From the IMG/VR virus record IMGVR_UViG_3300014257_000015, positions 41,430 to 105,429 of that record: a stretch of 64,000 nt of DNA; one strand, written 5' to 3'. Source of the DNA: a virus. A program made the translations under genes and the position numbers. The notes under the pieces were generated by a model. It worked only from the letters and a program-made list of their open reading frames with translations. It had not been told where the DNA came from and searched no databases. Numbering within the stretch: position 1 is the stretch's first letter; the number at the start of each line of letters is the position of its first letter. Below, piece after piece: positions 8,192 to 17,584 of the stretch.

Positions 8192-11100
8192 TGGAAGACT
8201 TTGTAGGGTTGCACAACCATTCGGATGCTAGCCAACTAGACGGTGCTGGGAAAATATCCGAATACATCAAGGCCGTAGTCGAACGCAAGGCGCCTTCAAT
8301 CGCTTTCACCGAACACGGGACAATGCGCGGGTACCAGACGCAATATGATCAATGCAAAGAACACAACATCAAGCCAATTTATGGGATTGAATTCTATGTG
8401 GCCAATGACATGCGTCGAAAGGGCCTAACCGAAGACGAGCGCGCGGACATCACGAAAGGCAAACCTCGAAGCGAGCACAAAGATGCCATCAAGAAGTATG
8501 AAGAGCAACACGGCATCCGAGACAGATGGCATTTGACGTGCTGGGCGAAGAACGCAGAGGGAATGCGGAATATGATGCGCTTGGCGTCGCTTGCATACAC
8601 CGAGGGGTTCTACTACAAGCCGCGCATTGACTTGAACGAACTGTACAAGTACAAAGAGGGGTTGGTGGTGGCGACGGGATGTTGTTCCAGCGTCATCTAT
8701 GACAGGGCCGTGTTGGGGAAAAAGAAGCTTGCATTAGAAATTGCCGATGAGATGCGTGAACAATTTGGGGAAGATTTGTGGATTGAGATACAACCGCACG
8801 CAATCGAAGAGCAGGTGATCTCCAACCAGTTGGCACTGGAATTGAAGGATAGGTGGGGGAAGAAGGCGCGCCTGCTTGCAACGCAAGACGCACATTATGT
8901 CAGGCCGGAAGATTGGGAAACGCATGAAGTGATGCTCTGTATCGGAACCAATGATGTGATGAGCAACCCCGAGCGTTTTCGTTTCACCGGGAATGATTTT
9001 CATTTCAAAACCCGAAAGGAAATGTTTGCGAAGTTCAGATCAACACACGCTTACTTGACCAGAGAGCAAGTCAAAGAATCTTTGGACAACACGTTGGTGT
9101 TCATGGACACAATATCTGATGGCCTGGTTACCATCGATAAAGACAAGTGTCTCATGCCACCAATACCGGTTCCTGAGAAGTATGACGGCAATGAGTTCGC
9201 ATACTTGAAGGATTTGTGTTTGCGCGGTTGGGCATGGCGTGACATACCGGCCCGCGCCACTCTGTTGTCAAAGCGCGAGGGCGGCGACGAAGCAGAATGG
9301 CTGAAACGATACGTGGCAAGGTTGAAAAGAGAACTGACAGCAATCAAAAGCCAAAAGTTTGTTTCATATTTCCTTCTTGTTCACGATTTATACAATTGGG
9401 TGCGCCAGCAGGAAATCATGTGTGGGCCTGGACGAGGCTCAGCGGCGGGTTCGCTCGTTGCATACCTGACCGGCATCACATCGGTTGATCCGATAGAGCA
9501 CAATCTGTTGTTCGAACGATTCATAAGCCCAACGCGTGTCGACCAGCCCGATATTGATATGGACTTTGAGGATCGGCGCCGACAAGAGATCATCGAGTAT
9601 CTGCGAAACAAATACGGCAATGATAAGGTGTGTCAGATTGCCACCGTAGGCAAGCTTTCGGGGAAGGCTGTAATCAGAGACATATCGCGTGTTCTTGAAG
9701 TGCCGTATGCAGCAGTAAACCAAGTCACCAATTCCATCATCGAAAGAAGCAGCGGCGACGAGCGGGCCAGCCAGACGGTTGAGGACTCTTTCAAAGAATT
9801 CAAGGTGTGTCGCGAATTCAACGCCAAATACCCGGATGTTCTGAGATATGCGAAGAAGCTCGAAGGAATGGCCAAGACGCTTGGAATACACGCAGCAGGC
9901 GTCGTGACTTCTCCTGAACCGTTGATGAATCTTGTCCCATTGGAGACGAGAAAGCATGATGGCCGTGACGTTGTGGTGAGCGCCATCGATATGTACGGGG
10001 TGGCAGCGTGTGGGTTGCTGAAATTGGACGTTCTTGGGCTGCGAACGCTGAGTGTCATTCGTGAATGTCTAGAAGCAGTTGAACAACACACTGGTGAAAA
10101 GATCGACCTCGAACGCATTGATTTGAATTTGAAAGACGTTCTTCAAGGATTCACAGATCACGATTATTGTGGCGTGTTTCAGTATGATTCCCCGGGTGCC
10201 GACAAGATTTGCACAGGCGTTGAGTTCAAACACTTCGAGGACATCGCTGCCATGACAGCGTTGAATCGACCGGGCACCGCGCGAAGCGGCCTAGCCACGC
10301 AATATGTGGCACGAAAGCGCAACCCGAAATTGGTTGAAAAGGCATCGTTTCACCCAGCGGTGAGTGAAATCACGAAAGACACATTGGGAATCATCGTGTA
10401 TCAAGAGCACGTGATGCGTATTTTCACCGACATAGCCGGGTTTGCCCCAGCAACGGCGGACAGCTTGCGCAAGAAAATAGCCAAAAAATTTGGCGATGAG
10501 ACGATTGGAAAAGAACGCGAGAATTTCATTAAGGGTGCGATGGAAAATTGGGGTGACCGAGGGATGACCAAAGAGATCGCAGGAAAGATAATGGATGCGA
10601 TCACGTTCTTTGGATGTATACCTGGTGAATCGTTGGTTTTAGTGGTCGAGGGAAGTGATGAAGACTTGTGCGCATTGCGAGAGGAAAGTGTTGGCAAGGG
10701 GATTGTGCTCAATACACTACCAGAGGGAATACAGGAAGGAAAGAACGGTGATCGGGAATCCTGTGAGTTCAGAGCACAACAAGATAGGGGTGCTTGGGCG
10801 CGGGTGGAAGTCAGCGCCTGGGGCGAGGGTCATTGCGTCGAACAAGTTGCAATCCAAGAAGATAACAGGGGCATTAAATCCGTCTTGGAAGGGCGGACAC
10901 ATCAAAAACTTCAAACTAGCAAGGAACAGGTTGTTGAAGGAAGAGAAGGGATGTTGTCGTTGCGGCACTTCGTTGATCAAGGGATCAGGGCCGAATCAAA
11001 AGTCATTTCACATCCACCACAAGAATCGAAACAAAGCGGACAACCGAGAAGAGAACTTGGAAGTGCTGTGTCAAAGTTGCCACAGCAAAGAACACACGAA

Positions 11101-12942
11101 AGAAAAAATTGCTGGGCGACTTGGAAAGAAATCGAAACGCTAAAGGTTGGTGATTGGATAGTGTCTTTTGATGACGACATTCGCCCCGAGCTAAATAGAG
11201 TGAAAAGAATAGAGTGCACAGGGGTGAAGCCTGTCCGCAGGATGACACTCGAACAAGGCGAAATTTGGGCGACCGGATCGCATTGGTGGATGAATAGCAC
11301 AGGGGAATATATAGAGACAAAGGATTGCACGCCTGGTACAGAATTGCGTGTTGGTGATTCGATTTTCAAGGTTCTTGGTAATCGAAAAGATGGGCGATTG
11401 AAGACTTGGGACTTGGAGTGCGAATTCGAACCTAGCAACTATGCCGTCAGATTATTCAACAGCGATTCGTGTAATTACTTGATAAGCCATAATAGTTATG
11501 GATTCAACAAGTCGCATGCCACCGCATATGGAATCATCGCGTATTGGGAAATGTTCTTGAAAATACGCCACCCGATCGAATTCTATTGGGCGCTATTGAA
11601 GAACGAACCTGACCGAATACGAATCCAACAGATCGCTAAAGATGCTAAAAAACATGGCATAGAATTGTTGCCGCCGTCGGTGGTGAATAGCGGTAAGCAT
11701 TTCACAATAGACAGAGCAAATAATGCCATTCGTGGTTCGCTCGTCGACATCAAGGGCGTAGGTGATGCTGCGTCTGAATCAATCATGGTCGCCCAACCAT
11801 ACAAGGACTTCGGTGACTTGATTCAACGCGTGGACCGCCGAAAAGTACACAAGGGTGTCATTGTGGCATTGGCGAAGGCCGGGGCGTTAGATGACGTGGT
11901 GCCGAATCCTAAGTGGCTGATAGAAAACATCGAAGATTTTTGGACAGAGTTGGGGAAGAAGGGGTGGACAGAGAAAACAGAAAGATTGTTGCGAGATTCG
12001 GCTGATGCTCCGCAGTTCACCACCGAAGAGAGGCAGGTTGTGGCCTCGAAGGTTAGTCCACTCGCATTCGGGAAACATCCGCTCGATGCGTATGCGAATT
12101 TCATGGAACGTAGTGTGAAGGTTCCCATCGCGGCAATGTCTGATGAAGACTTTTTCAAAGACAATGACAATCAAGGCGTATTCATCGCTGGCGTCGTTGT
12201 TGAGGTGAAGTACAATCAAATTGGAGATTTCAACACAGGTGAGCTTCCCAGTGAGTTGGAAAGGAAACAGATGTTCTGGGGCCGCCGTTACGCCAATGTT
12301 AATGTCGAAGATCTTGGCGGGAAACAAAATAGGATCAAAGTGGATTTTGACATCTTTGATGATTATCGAGATGTGGTTGATTCTGGAATAGGAACGCCTG
12401 TTGTTCTTCATGCTTTTGTGAACGCGAGGTTTGAGAATTTACGTTGTCATTTCATGATCAATCTGGAAGAGTACAGGCTAGCAGTCGAAGCAGGACAAGA
12501 GTTGACAGTGTGGCAAAGCATAGTCGCTGGTCGCCATCCAGCCAAAGAATATGAATGGAAAGATCCGTCAAAGTTGATCAAATACAAGACCCCAGAGGGC
12601 GAAGAGCGCGAGGTGAAAAGGCGTTCCAATGCAATCAGGAACAAAGCATTTTGGGATCGCGTATCACCTTCGTTTGTTGGCGTTGTCACGCACGTTCGGC
12701 CAAAATATGACAAGAATGGAAACCGGATGGCATTCTTGGGATTGCTGGACGGTGGTTCGCGATTCATCAGCGTGATAGCATTCGCATCCAGTTGGACAAA
12801 AGAAGTGCGACGTGTTTTGAAACCCGGGGCGTTGGTGAAAATAGAATTGGACTCCAAAAGAGACAAACGCAGTTGGTCATATTTCTACAACGGCGGAAAA
12901 CTCAGGGTTCTGAGGTCAGCGCCATCAACCACATCACCATAG
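8182..12942 (+). CDS. dnaE: DNA polymerase III alpha subunit (DnaE), intein-containing
   Basis: PHP domain (LHNHS..S.LDG, TEHG, TQDAHY), GRGSAAGSL, PDIDMDF, GIHAAGVV, KLDVLGL, YGFNKSH, C-terminal OB folds; probable start 8191. Confidence 0.97.
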   Translation: MGVMEDFVGLHNHSDASQLDGAGKISEYIKAVVERKAPSIAFTEHGTMRGYQTQYDQCKEHNIKPIYGIEFYVANDMRRKGLTEDERADITKGKPRSEHKDAIKKYEEQHGIRDRWHLTCWAKNAEGMRNMMRLASLAYTEGFYYKPRIDLNELYKYKEGLVVATGCCSSVIYDRAVLGKKKLALEIADEMREQFGEDLWIEIQPHAIEEQVISNQLALELKDRWGKKARLLATQDAHYVRPEDWETHEVMLCIGTNDVMSNPERFRFTGNDFHFKTRKEMFAKFRSTHAYLTREQVKESLDNTLVFMDTISDGLVTIDKDKCLMPPIPVPEKYDGNEFAYLKDLCLRGWAWRDIPARATLLSKREGGDEAEWLKRYVARLKRELTAIKSQKFVSYFLLVHDLYNWVRQQEIMCGPGRGSAAGSLVAYLTGITSVDPIEHNLLFERFISPTRVDQPDIDMDFEDRRRQEIIEYLRNKYGNDKVCQIATVGKLSGKAVIRDISRVLEVPYAAVNQVTNSIIERSSGDERASQTVEDSFKEFKVCREFNAKYPDVLRYAKKLEGMAKTLGIHAAGVVTSPEPLMNLVPLETRKHDGRDVVVSAIDMYGVAACGLLKLDVLGLRTLSVIRECLEAVEQHTGEKIDLERIDLNLKDVLQGFTDHDYCGVFQYDSPGADKICTGVEFKHFEDIAAMTALNRPGTARSGLATQYVARKRNPKLVEKASFHPAVSEITKDTLGIIVYQEHVMRIFTDIAGFAPATADSLRKKIAKKFGDETIGKERENFIKGAMENWGDRGMTKEIAGKIMDAITFFGCIPGESLVLVVEGSDEDLCALREESVGKGIVLNTLPEGIQEGKNGDRESCEFRAQQDRGAWARVEVSAWGEGHCVEQVAIQEDNRGIKSVLEGRTHQKLQTSKEQVVEGREGMLSLRHFVDQGIRAESKVISHPPQESKQSGQPRRELGSAVSKLPQQRTHERKNCWATWKEIETLKVGDWIVSFDDDIRPELNRVKRIECTGVKPVRRMTLEQGEIWATGSHWWMNSTGEYIETKDCTPGTELRVGDSIFKVLGNRKDGRLKTWDLECEFEPSNYAVRLFNSDSCNYLISHNSYGFNKSHATAYGIIAYWEMFLKIRHPIEFYWALLKNEPDRIRIQQIAKDAKKHGIELLPPSVVNSGKHFTIDRANNAIRGSLVDIKGVGDAASESIMVAQPYKDFGDLIQRVDRRKVHKGVIVALAKAGALDDVVPNPKWLIENIEDFWTELGKKGWTEKTERLLRDSADAPQFTTEERQVVASKVSPLAFGKHPLDAYANFMERSVKVPIAAMSDEDFFKDNDNQGVFIAGVVVEVKYNQIGDFNTGELPSELERKQMFWGRRYANVNVEDLGGKQNRIKVDFDIFDDYRDVVDSGIGTPVVLHAFVNARFENLRCHFMINLEEYRLAVEAGQELTVWQSIVAGRHPAKEYEWKDPSKLIKYKTPEGEEREVKRRSNAIRNKAFWDRVSPSFVGVVTHVRPKYDKNGNRMAFLGLLDGGSRFISVIAFASSWTKEVRRVLKPGALVKIELDSKRDKRSWSYFYNGGKLRVLRSAPSTTSP
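10615..11493 (+). mobile_element. Intein (293 aa) in DnaE, just before the YGFNKSH motif
   Basis: FFG|CIPGES.. N-terminal Cys; IETLKVGD; block B ATGSH; block F TWDLEC; ISHN|S C-terminal splice junction. Confidence 0.92.
10658..11143 (+). CDS. HNH homing endonuclease encoded in the +1 frame inside the intein
   Basis: CAHC..ARGLCSIHY Zn finger; NPSWKGG; CCRCG...HIHHKNRNKADNREENLEVLCQSCHSKEH; GAGGGA SD upstream. Confidence 0.88.
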   Translation: MKTCAHCERKVLARGLCSIHYQREYRKERTVIGNPVSSEHNKIGVLGRGWKSAPGARVIASNKLQSKKITGALNPSWKGGHIKNFKLARNRLLKEEKGCCRCGTSLIKGSGPNQKSFHIHHKNRNKADNREENLEVLCQSCHSKEHTKEKIAGRLGKKSKR

Positions 12943-12963
12943 GCTAAAAGCAACGAGGGTATC

Positions 12964-13305
12964 ATGTCAAGTCTATTGACGGCGGCGAAACGGGCAGGGC
13001 TTCACCCGGCGCGATGCGAAAACTGCCACCGAAAAATAAACACAAAAGCAGCAGTCAAAGAACTGTTCAACACAATCATACAGATGTGTGCCGATGGCGA
13101 GGTGGTACGCATCGACAATTTTGGCGTTTTCAGACTTCGCCTCCACCAGGGACGCACCATTGAATCTTCAGTCCTGCCTGGTGGAAGGGCAGAATTTGAA
13201 GACAGGATGGTGTTGAGTTTTAGACAGAGTGTTGGCGTGAAGAATAGGCTGTCGAAGATCATCAAGGCCAACAACAACAAGAAGGAAAGAAAGGGCAAAA
13301 AATGA
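12964..13305 (+). CDS. HU/IHF-family DNA-binding protein
   Basis: GE.VRIDNFGVF...GR...LSFRQS...K. Confidence 0.8.
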   Translation: MSSLLTAAKRAGLHPARCENCHRKINTKAAVKELFNTIIQMCADGEVVRIDNFGVFRLRLHQGRTIESSVLPGGRAEFEDRMVLSFRQSVGVKNRLSKIIKANNNKKERKGKK

Positions 13306-13829
13306 GTTTTAGCCAAGTAGAGTTGGTGGTCAACGGCGACAAGGTTCAGGTGGACCTCGAAGAAATTCTGTCCATACAAGACATCAGCCGTGACATGGAC
13401 CAAGTAGCCTCTCAGATGAGCTACTGGGGAGCGGTATGGGCGGCAGCCGACGAAGAAAGCCAGAGGGCTGACGCGCACTATCGAAAGTGGCGAGCAGAGA
13501 CTGGACAACGAATCCTATCAGCCAACGAGAAGACTGCTGAGTGGAAAGTGAAACAAGACATCGAGTCTGATGAAACGTTCCTGAAGCTCAAATCTAGTCT
13601 TGCGCAAGCAGCACACAATGTCACACTAGCCAAAGCCATCTTCGAAGCATTCAAGATCAAGGCCAACATGCTTCAGTCCAAGGGTGCCATGGCACGAGCA
13701 GAGTTGGATTCAACTGGAATGGCCACGAAAGTCGAGGCGCCGAAGCGCAGCAGCGGCGAAGACGAAGAAAGGAAGCTGCGCGAGAAAGAAGAGATCGTGA
13801 AGCGCGCCTTGAAAAACAAGAAGAAATAA
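13302..13829 (+). CDS. UvsY-like recombination mediator
   Basis: Helical protein with the UvsY-like pattern EAF.IK..MLQS.GA..RAE; adjacent to SSB and RecA. Confidence 0.5.
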   Translation: MSFSQVELVVNGDKVQVDLEEILSIQDISRDMDQVASQMSYWGAVWAAADEESQRADAHYRKWRAETGQRILSANEKTAEWKVKQDIESDETFLKLKSSLAQAAHNVTLAKAIFEAFKIKANMLQSKGAMARAELDSTGMATKVEAPKRSSGEDEERKLREKEEIVKRALKNKKK

Positions 13830-13860
13830 CAGACAAATCCAACGCCAAAGGAGAAAATCA

Positions 13861-15117
13861 ATGGCTATCGACATGAAGAAGATGAAGAAACACAAAGAAG
13901 AACTGGCCACTGGCGGCGAGTTCCTCACATACCCATCGGGCGAGACGCGAATATACATCCACGGGCAATGTCGCCCTGATGATGAGACGCCACCCACCGC
14001 TGGATTCCCTTGGGTTCCTATCACTGTTCATTTCAATGTTGGCAAGAACAATGCGATGTGTGTTTGCCTTGACAAGAACAGAAACGAGATTTTGAAACAC
14101 CCGTATTTGAAGGGAATGTTGAAGGCGCGAAAGAATGCGCCGAAGCTCGATGGGACGTGCCCTGTTTGTGAAGAGATTGAAAACGGCGGGATGGATTCCG
14201 AGGAAGCCACAGAAGCTCGCCCACAGACGAAGTGGTTGTGGGGAACAACCAAAATCGCGTCGCGTGGCAAAGGTGATGATGATTGGAATGCGCAATCATT
14301 CAAGCCGGGCGTGACGATGGCTAACAAGACCATACACACCGGATTCATCGACATTTTCGACCAGGCTGGCGATGTTACGGATGTGCAAGAAGCCACGTTG
14401 GCCATTGTTGGACGAGAGGGGAAAGGGAAAAATGACACCAAGTACAAGGTGTCTGTTGATGTTCCAACGATAAAGAGTCCATTGAAATTGGACAAGAAAT
14501 GTCGTGGCGCTTTGAAAGTCGCTATGAGCGAGGGCGGCGATTGTGATTTGTTCAAGATCGCGGCAAATATGATCAAATCACCGGCCGAAATCAGAGCAAT
14601 GCTGACTGGTGTAAAAATGGAAGACCCTGATGATGACGATGACGACGAGGCTGAGTTGGAAGAGTCGTTGAAGAAGGGGAAAAAATCGCGCATCATCGAC
14701 GATGACGACGATGATGAAGACGAGCCGCCTAAGAAGTCAAAGAAAAAGGTCGTTGTCGATGAAGATGACGACGATGACGAAGACGAAGACGAGCCGCCTA
14801 AGAAGTCAAAGAAAAAAGCCGTTGTCGACGATGAAGATGACGACGAAGACGAAGACGAACCGCCGAAAAAGTCAAAGAAAAAAGCCGTTGTCGATGATGA
14901 CGATAATGATGATGAAGACGATGAAGACGATGAAGACGATGAAGACGATGATGAACCGCCGAAGAAGTCAAAGAAAAAAGCCGTTGTCGAAGACGACGAT
15001 GACGATGACGAACCACCTAAGAAGTCCAAAAAGTCAAAGAAAAAGGATGAAAGCGACGAGCTAGACGATTTGGACGACGAGCTGGAAAGAATCACGAAAT
15101 CAAAGAAGGGGAAGTGA
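13861..15117 (+). CDS. gp32-like single-stranded DNA-binding protein with long acidic/basic repeat tail
   Basis: H..C...CPVCE Zn site, DVTD..E...G.GKNDTKY; located before recA. Confidence 0.65.
   Translation: MAIDMKKMKKHKEELATGGEFLTYPSGETRIYIHGQCRPDDETPPTAGFPWVPITVHFNVGKNNAMCVCLDKNRNEILKHPYLKGMLKARKNAPKLDGTCPVCEEIENGGMDSEEATEARPQTKWLWGTTKIASRGKGDDDWNAQSFKPGVTMANKTIHTGFIDIFDQAGDVTDVQEATLAIVGREGKGKNDTKYKVSVDVPTIKSPLKLDKKCRGALKVAMSEGGDCDLFKIAANMIKSPAEIRAMLTGVKMEDPDDDDDDEAELEESLKKGKKSRIIDDDDDDEDEPPKKSKKKVVVDEDDDDDEDEDEPPKKSKKKAVVDDEDDDEDEDEPPKKSKKKAVVDDDDNDDEDDEDDEDDEDDDEPPKKSKKKAVVEDDDDDDEPPKKSKKSKKKDESDELDDLDDELERITKSKKGK
14695..15045 (+). repeat. Coding tandem repeats (DE)n-EPPKKSKKK(A)VV, five copies
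   Basis: GAxCCxCCxAAxAAGTCxAA repeated with poly-Asp spacers. Confidence 0.85.
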
Positions 15118-15118
15118 A

Positions 15119-16183
15119 GTGAAAGATTCCAAGAAAAAAGCTGGCGATAGGCCTGGCGGCGCAGATATCGCCAGCGAAGTGTTGGAATCAATCAACGATA
15201 AACTTGGTGGCAAGGACGTTGCACAGATGTTAGGTAGCGAGGGCCTTGCCATCAAGATCAGGGGTGTGATATCGACAGGCTGCGCCACCATCGACGCCGC
15301 ATCAGGACGTGGTGGCGTGCCTCTCGGTAGGTTGATAATATTGCATGGGGCTGAAGCGAGCGGAAAAACAACATTGGCACTCCAGATAGTTGCACAAGCG
15401 CAACTTCAAGGCGGTGTCGCTGTATACATGGACACAGAATATAAGTTGGATCCAGATTATGCGGCAGCCCTTGGTGTGAATACCAAGAGGATGATCAATG
15501 TCCAGCCGAGCTATCTGGAGCAGGCTTTTGCTGTCTGTGAAGGGGCGATCGAGCGCGCGGCCAAGCACAGAGAAAGCACAGGGCTATCGACGCCAATCTT
15601 GATCGTTCTCGATAGCATGAACAGCACCATTTCAAAATCACAATTCGAAGGCGAGTGGGATGATCAACATTACGCTCCTCAAGCGCGCGTATTCTCCGCG
15701 CTCCTTCCCAAGCTGATGCCTAAAGTTTCACGTGAAAATGTCTGTCTGCTGTGGGTAAGCCAAGTCAGAAAGAAAATGGGGGTGATGTATGGTGATGACG
15801 AAGAGATAGCGGGCGGAAACGCACCACGATTTTACGCCAGCCAGGTGCTGAAAGTGCGACGAATCGGAACGGTGAAAAAGGGCGAAGAAAAAGTCAAGGT
15901 GGCTAACAAAATCACAGTTGAATTCGTGAAAAATCAGGTTGCGCCACCATTCAAAAAAGCCGAGTGTGAACTTGAATACGGGAAGGGATTCAACCAGCCG
16001 CTGGCCATACTCACACAGGCTGAAAAATGGGGGATTGTTGAAAGGGATGGGAACACATACCGCTATGAAGGGAAAAAGATCGGCGGTTCCATAGCATATG
16101 CTGTAGCAAAATTGGATGATGATGATGAATTGCGTGAGAAGATCTTGTGCGCCATTCGCGACGAGGGCAAATGGAAATGGTAA
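15119..16183 (+). CDS. recA: RecA/UvsX recombinase
   Basis: GGVPLGR, GAEASGKTT, IVLDS, QVR.KMGVMYG, GGNA..FYAS, KNQVAPPFK. Confidence 0.95.
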   Translation: MKDSKKKAGDRPGGADIASEVLESINDKLGGKDVAQMLGSEGLAIKIRGVISTGCATIDAASGRGGVPLGRLIILHGAEASGKTTLALQIVAQAQLQGGVAVYMDTEYKLDPDYAAALGVNTKRMINVQPSYLEQAFAVCEGAIERAAKHRESTGLSTPILIVLDSMNSTISKSQFEGEWDDQHYAPQARVFSALLPKLMPKVSRENVCLLWVSQVRKKMGVMYGDDEEIAGGNAPRFYASQVLKVRRIGTVKKGEEKVKVANKITVEFVKNQVAPPFKKAECELEYGKGFNQPLAILTQAEKWGIVERDGNTYRYEGKKIGGSIAYAVAKLDDDDELREKILCAIRDEGKWKW

Positions 16184-16482
16184 TGAAAGCTGAAGATGTA
16201 GCAAAACTATGGCGCGAGATGCTTGAACACGAGATGAGCATCAAACCAGAAGACGAAAAGCTGGTTGCTTTTTTGTCTGCTGAATTCCTTTCAAGATGGA
16301 AGAGCACAGCGATCAAAGAGTCAGAGAATGGCGGTGATGAACTGCTCAGGTTTCATTCGTTGTACATCGAAAACAAGGGCAATGCGTTGGTTGCCATTAT
16401 TGCTTTGCTAAAGGCGATGCGCATGATTAGTGTTGGTATCGGTTGCAACTTGATGGTTGCGGAGCATCCCTGTGGAACGTAG
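16177..16482 (+). CDS. Hypothetical protein
   Basis: ORF coupled between recA and the SbcD-like gene. Confidence 0.5.
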   Translation: MVMKAEDVAKLWREMLEHEMSIKPEDEKLVAFLSAEFLSRWKSTAIKESENGGDELLRFHSLYIENKGNALVAIIALLKAMRMISVGIGCNLMVAEHPCGT

Positions 16483-17584
16483 GTATAGAGCTGCGTTCAT
16501 CGCAGACATACACGGTAGCAACAAGCTTCCATATTCCAAGCCCACAAAACAAGATCGCACCGACAGACTAGACGACCAAATAGCGCTGCTACGTCGCTTC
16601 AGAGCTTCGGCCGAAGAGTATGATGTCGATGCCATCTATGTTCTAGGCGACCTCTATGACAAGTCGCTGGTGGACCCGGTAACACTAACGCACATAGTTG
16701 AAGAGGTCGTGTCTTGGCCATTCAACACATACATCCTCCCAGGCAATCACGAAGCAAATAGTCTTCGAGGTGGACGTTTTGCTGTTGAGGCCTTTGGTGT
16801 GATGGGTCGGGATCATCTGTTTGTGATTGGCAATGATGTTGAGCCTGTGATCATTGATGATTGGTTGAATTTCTGGCCAATAGCGTTCATGCCAGTCGGG
16901 GCAACAAAGCGGCGAATCGAAGCGATACGCGGGAAAATCAACAAGAAATGCACTAATGTTCTTCTTATGCACAACAGCGTTCTGGGAGCGAATCACCAGG
17001 GCTGGACGTGTGATGACGGTCTGTTGGTAGAGGAAGTGTGCAACGGTTTCAATTGGACGTTATCAGGCCATTTCCATACACCACAGAAATTTGGTGGGAC
17101 AGGCTTGTATCTCGGCGCACCAATGCACCACCATTACGGTGATGTGGGACGAAAGGCCGGTTGGTGGATTATGGATTTCTGTGGTGGCGATCTCAAAAGG
17201 AAGTTCATCGACGGCGCTGCGCCACGATTTCACATATTGGATGGGATAGACAAAAAAACAGCATCGAAAATCAGCAAAGGTGATTATGCGCGAATTGAAA
17301 TCAACGCAACAAGCGAAGATTGGGTGAAGATGAAGCCCGAAGTCAAGGCGTATTGTGCTGCACTTGATGAAAAAGGCATCAATTCATCTTTTCGACACAT
17401 CCCGATTGCTCGTCATGGAATGCGTATGGCATCGTCGAAAACGGCGGCGATGACGCTTGACGAGGCGGTGGCCAAATACCCAGAAACAGCTAGCGTTGAA
17501 ATTGGTTCGTTGGACAAGAAAAAGTTGAAATCAATTGGGCTTGAAGCGCTTCAAGCGGCGAGAGGTGAATATGGAGTTGCTTGA
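16472..17584 (+). CDS. SbcD/Mre11-like metallophosphoesterase nuclease
   Basis: ADIH, LGDLYD, PGNHE, LMH, SGHFH motifs. Confidence 0.9.
   Translation: MERRYRAAFIADIHGSNKLPYSKPTKQDRTDRLDDQIALLRRFRASAEEYDVDAIYVLGDLYDKSLVDPVTLTHIVEEVVSWPFNTYILPGNHEANSLRGGRFAVEAFGVMGRDHLFVIGNDVEPVIIDDWLNFWPIAFMPVGATKRRIEAIRGKINKKCTNVLLMHNSVLGANHQGWTCDDGLLVEEVCNGFNWTLSGHFHTPQKFGGTGLYLGAPMHHHYGDVGRKAGWWIMDFCGGDLKRKFIDGAAPRFHILDGIDKKTASKISKGDYARIEINATSEDWVKMKPEVKAYCAALDEKGINSSFRHIPIARHGMRMASSKTAAMTLDEAVAKYPETASVEIGSLDKKKLKSIGLEALQAARGEYGVA

Noticed and set aside
10655-11143. Simple frameshift or pseudogene explanation for the odd intein middle
   Set aside because: The DnaE frame is uninterrupted for 1586 codons and the HNH frame has its own SD, start and stop. 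Two compensating errors would be required.
14695-15045. Repeat-spacer pattern resembling a CRISPR array
   Set aside because: The repeats are in-frame codons with synonymous variation, the spacers are poly-Asp, and no cas genes are present.
14028-15191. 387-aa minus-strand ORF rich in Ser and Phe
   Set aside because: Antisense shadow of the Asp/Lys repeats in the SSB gene; the same applies to the minus-strand ORFs at 25395-25755.
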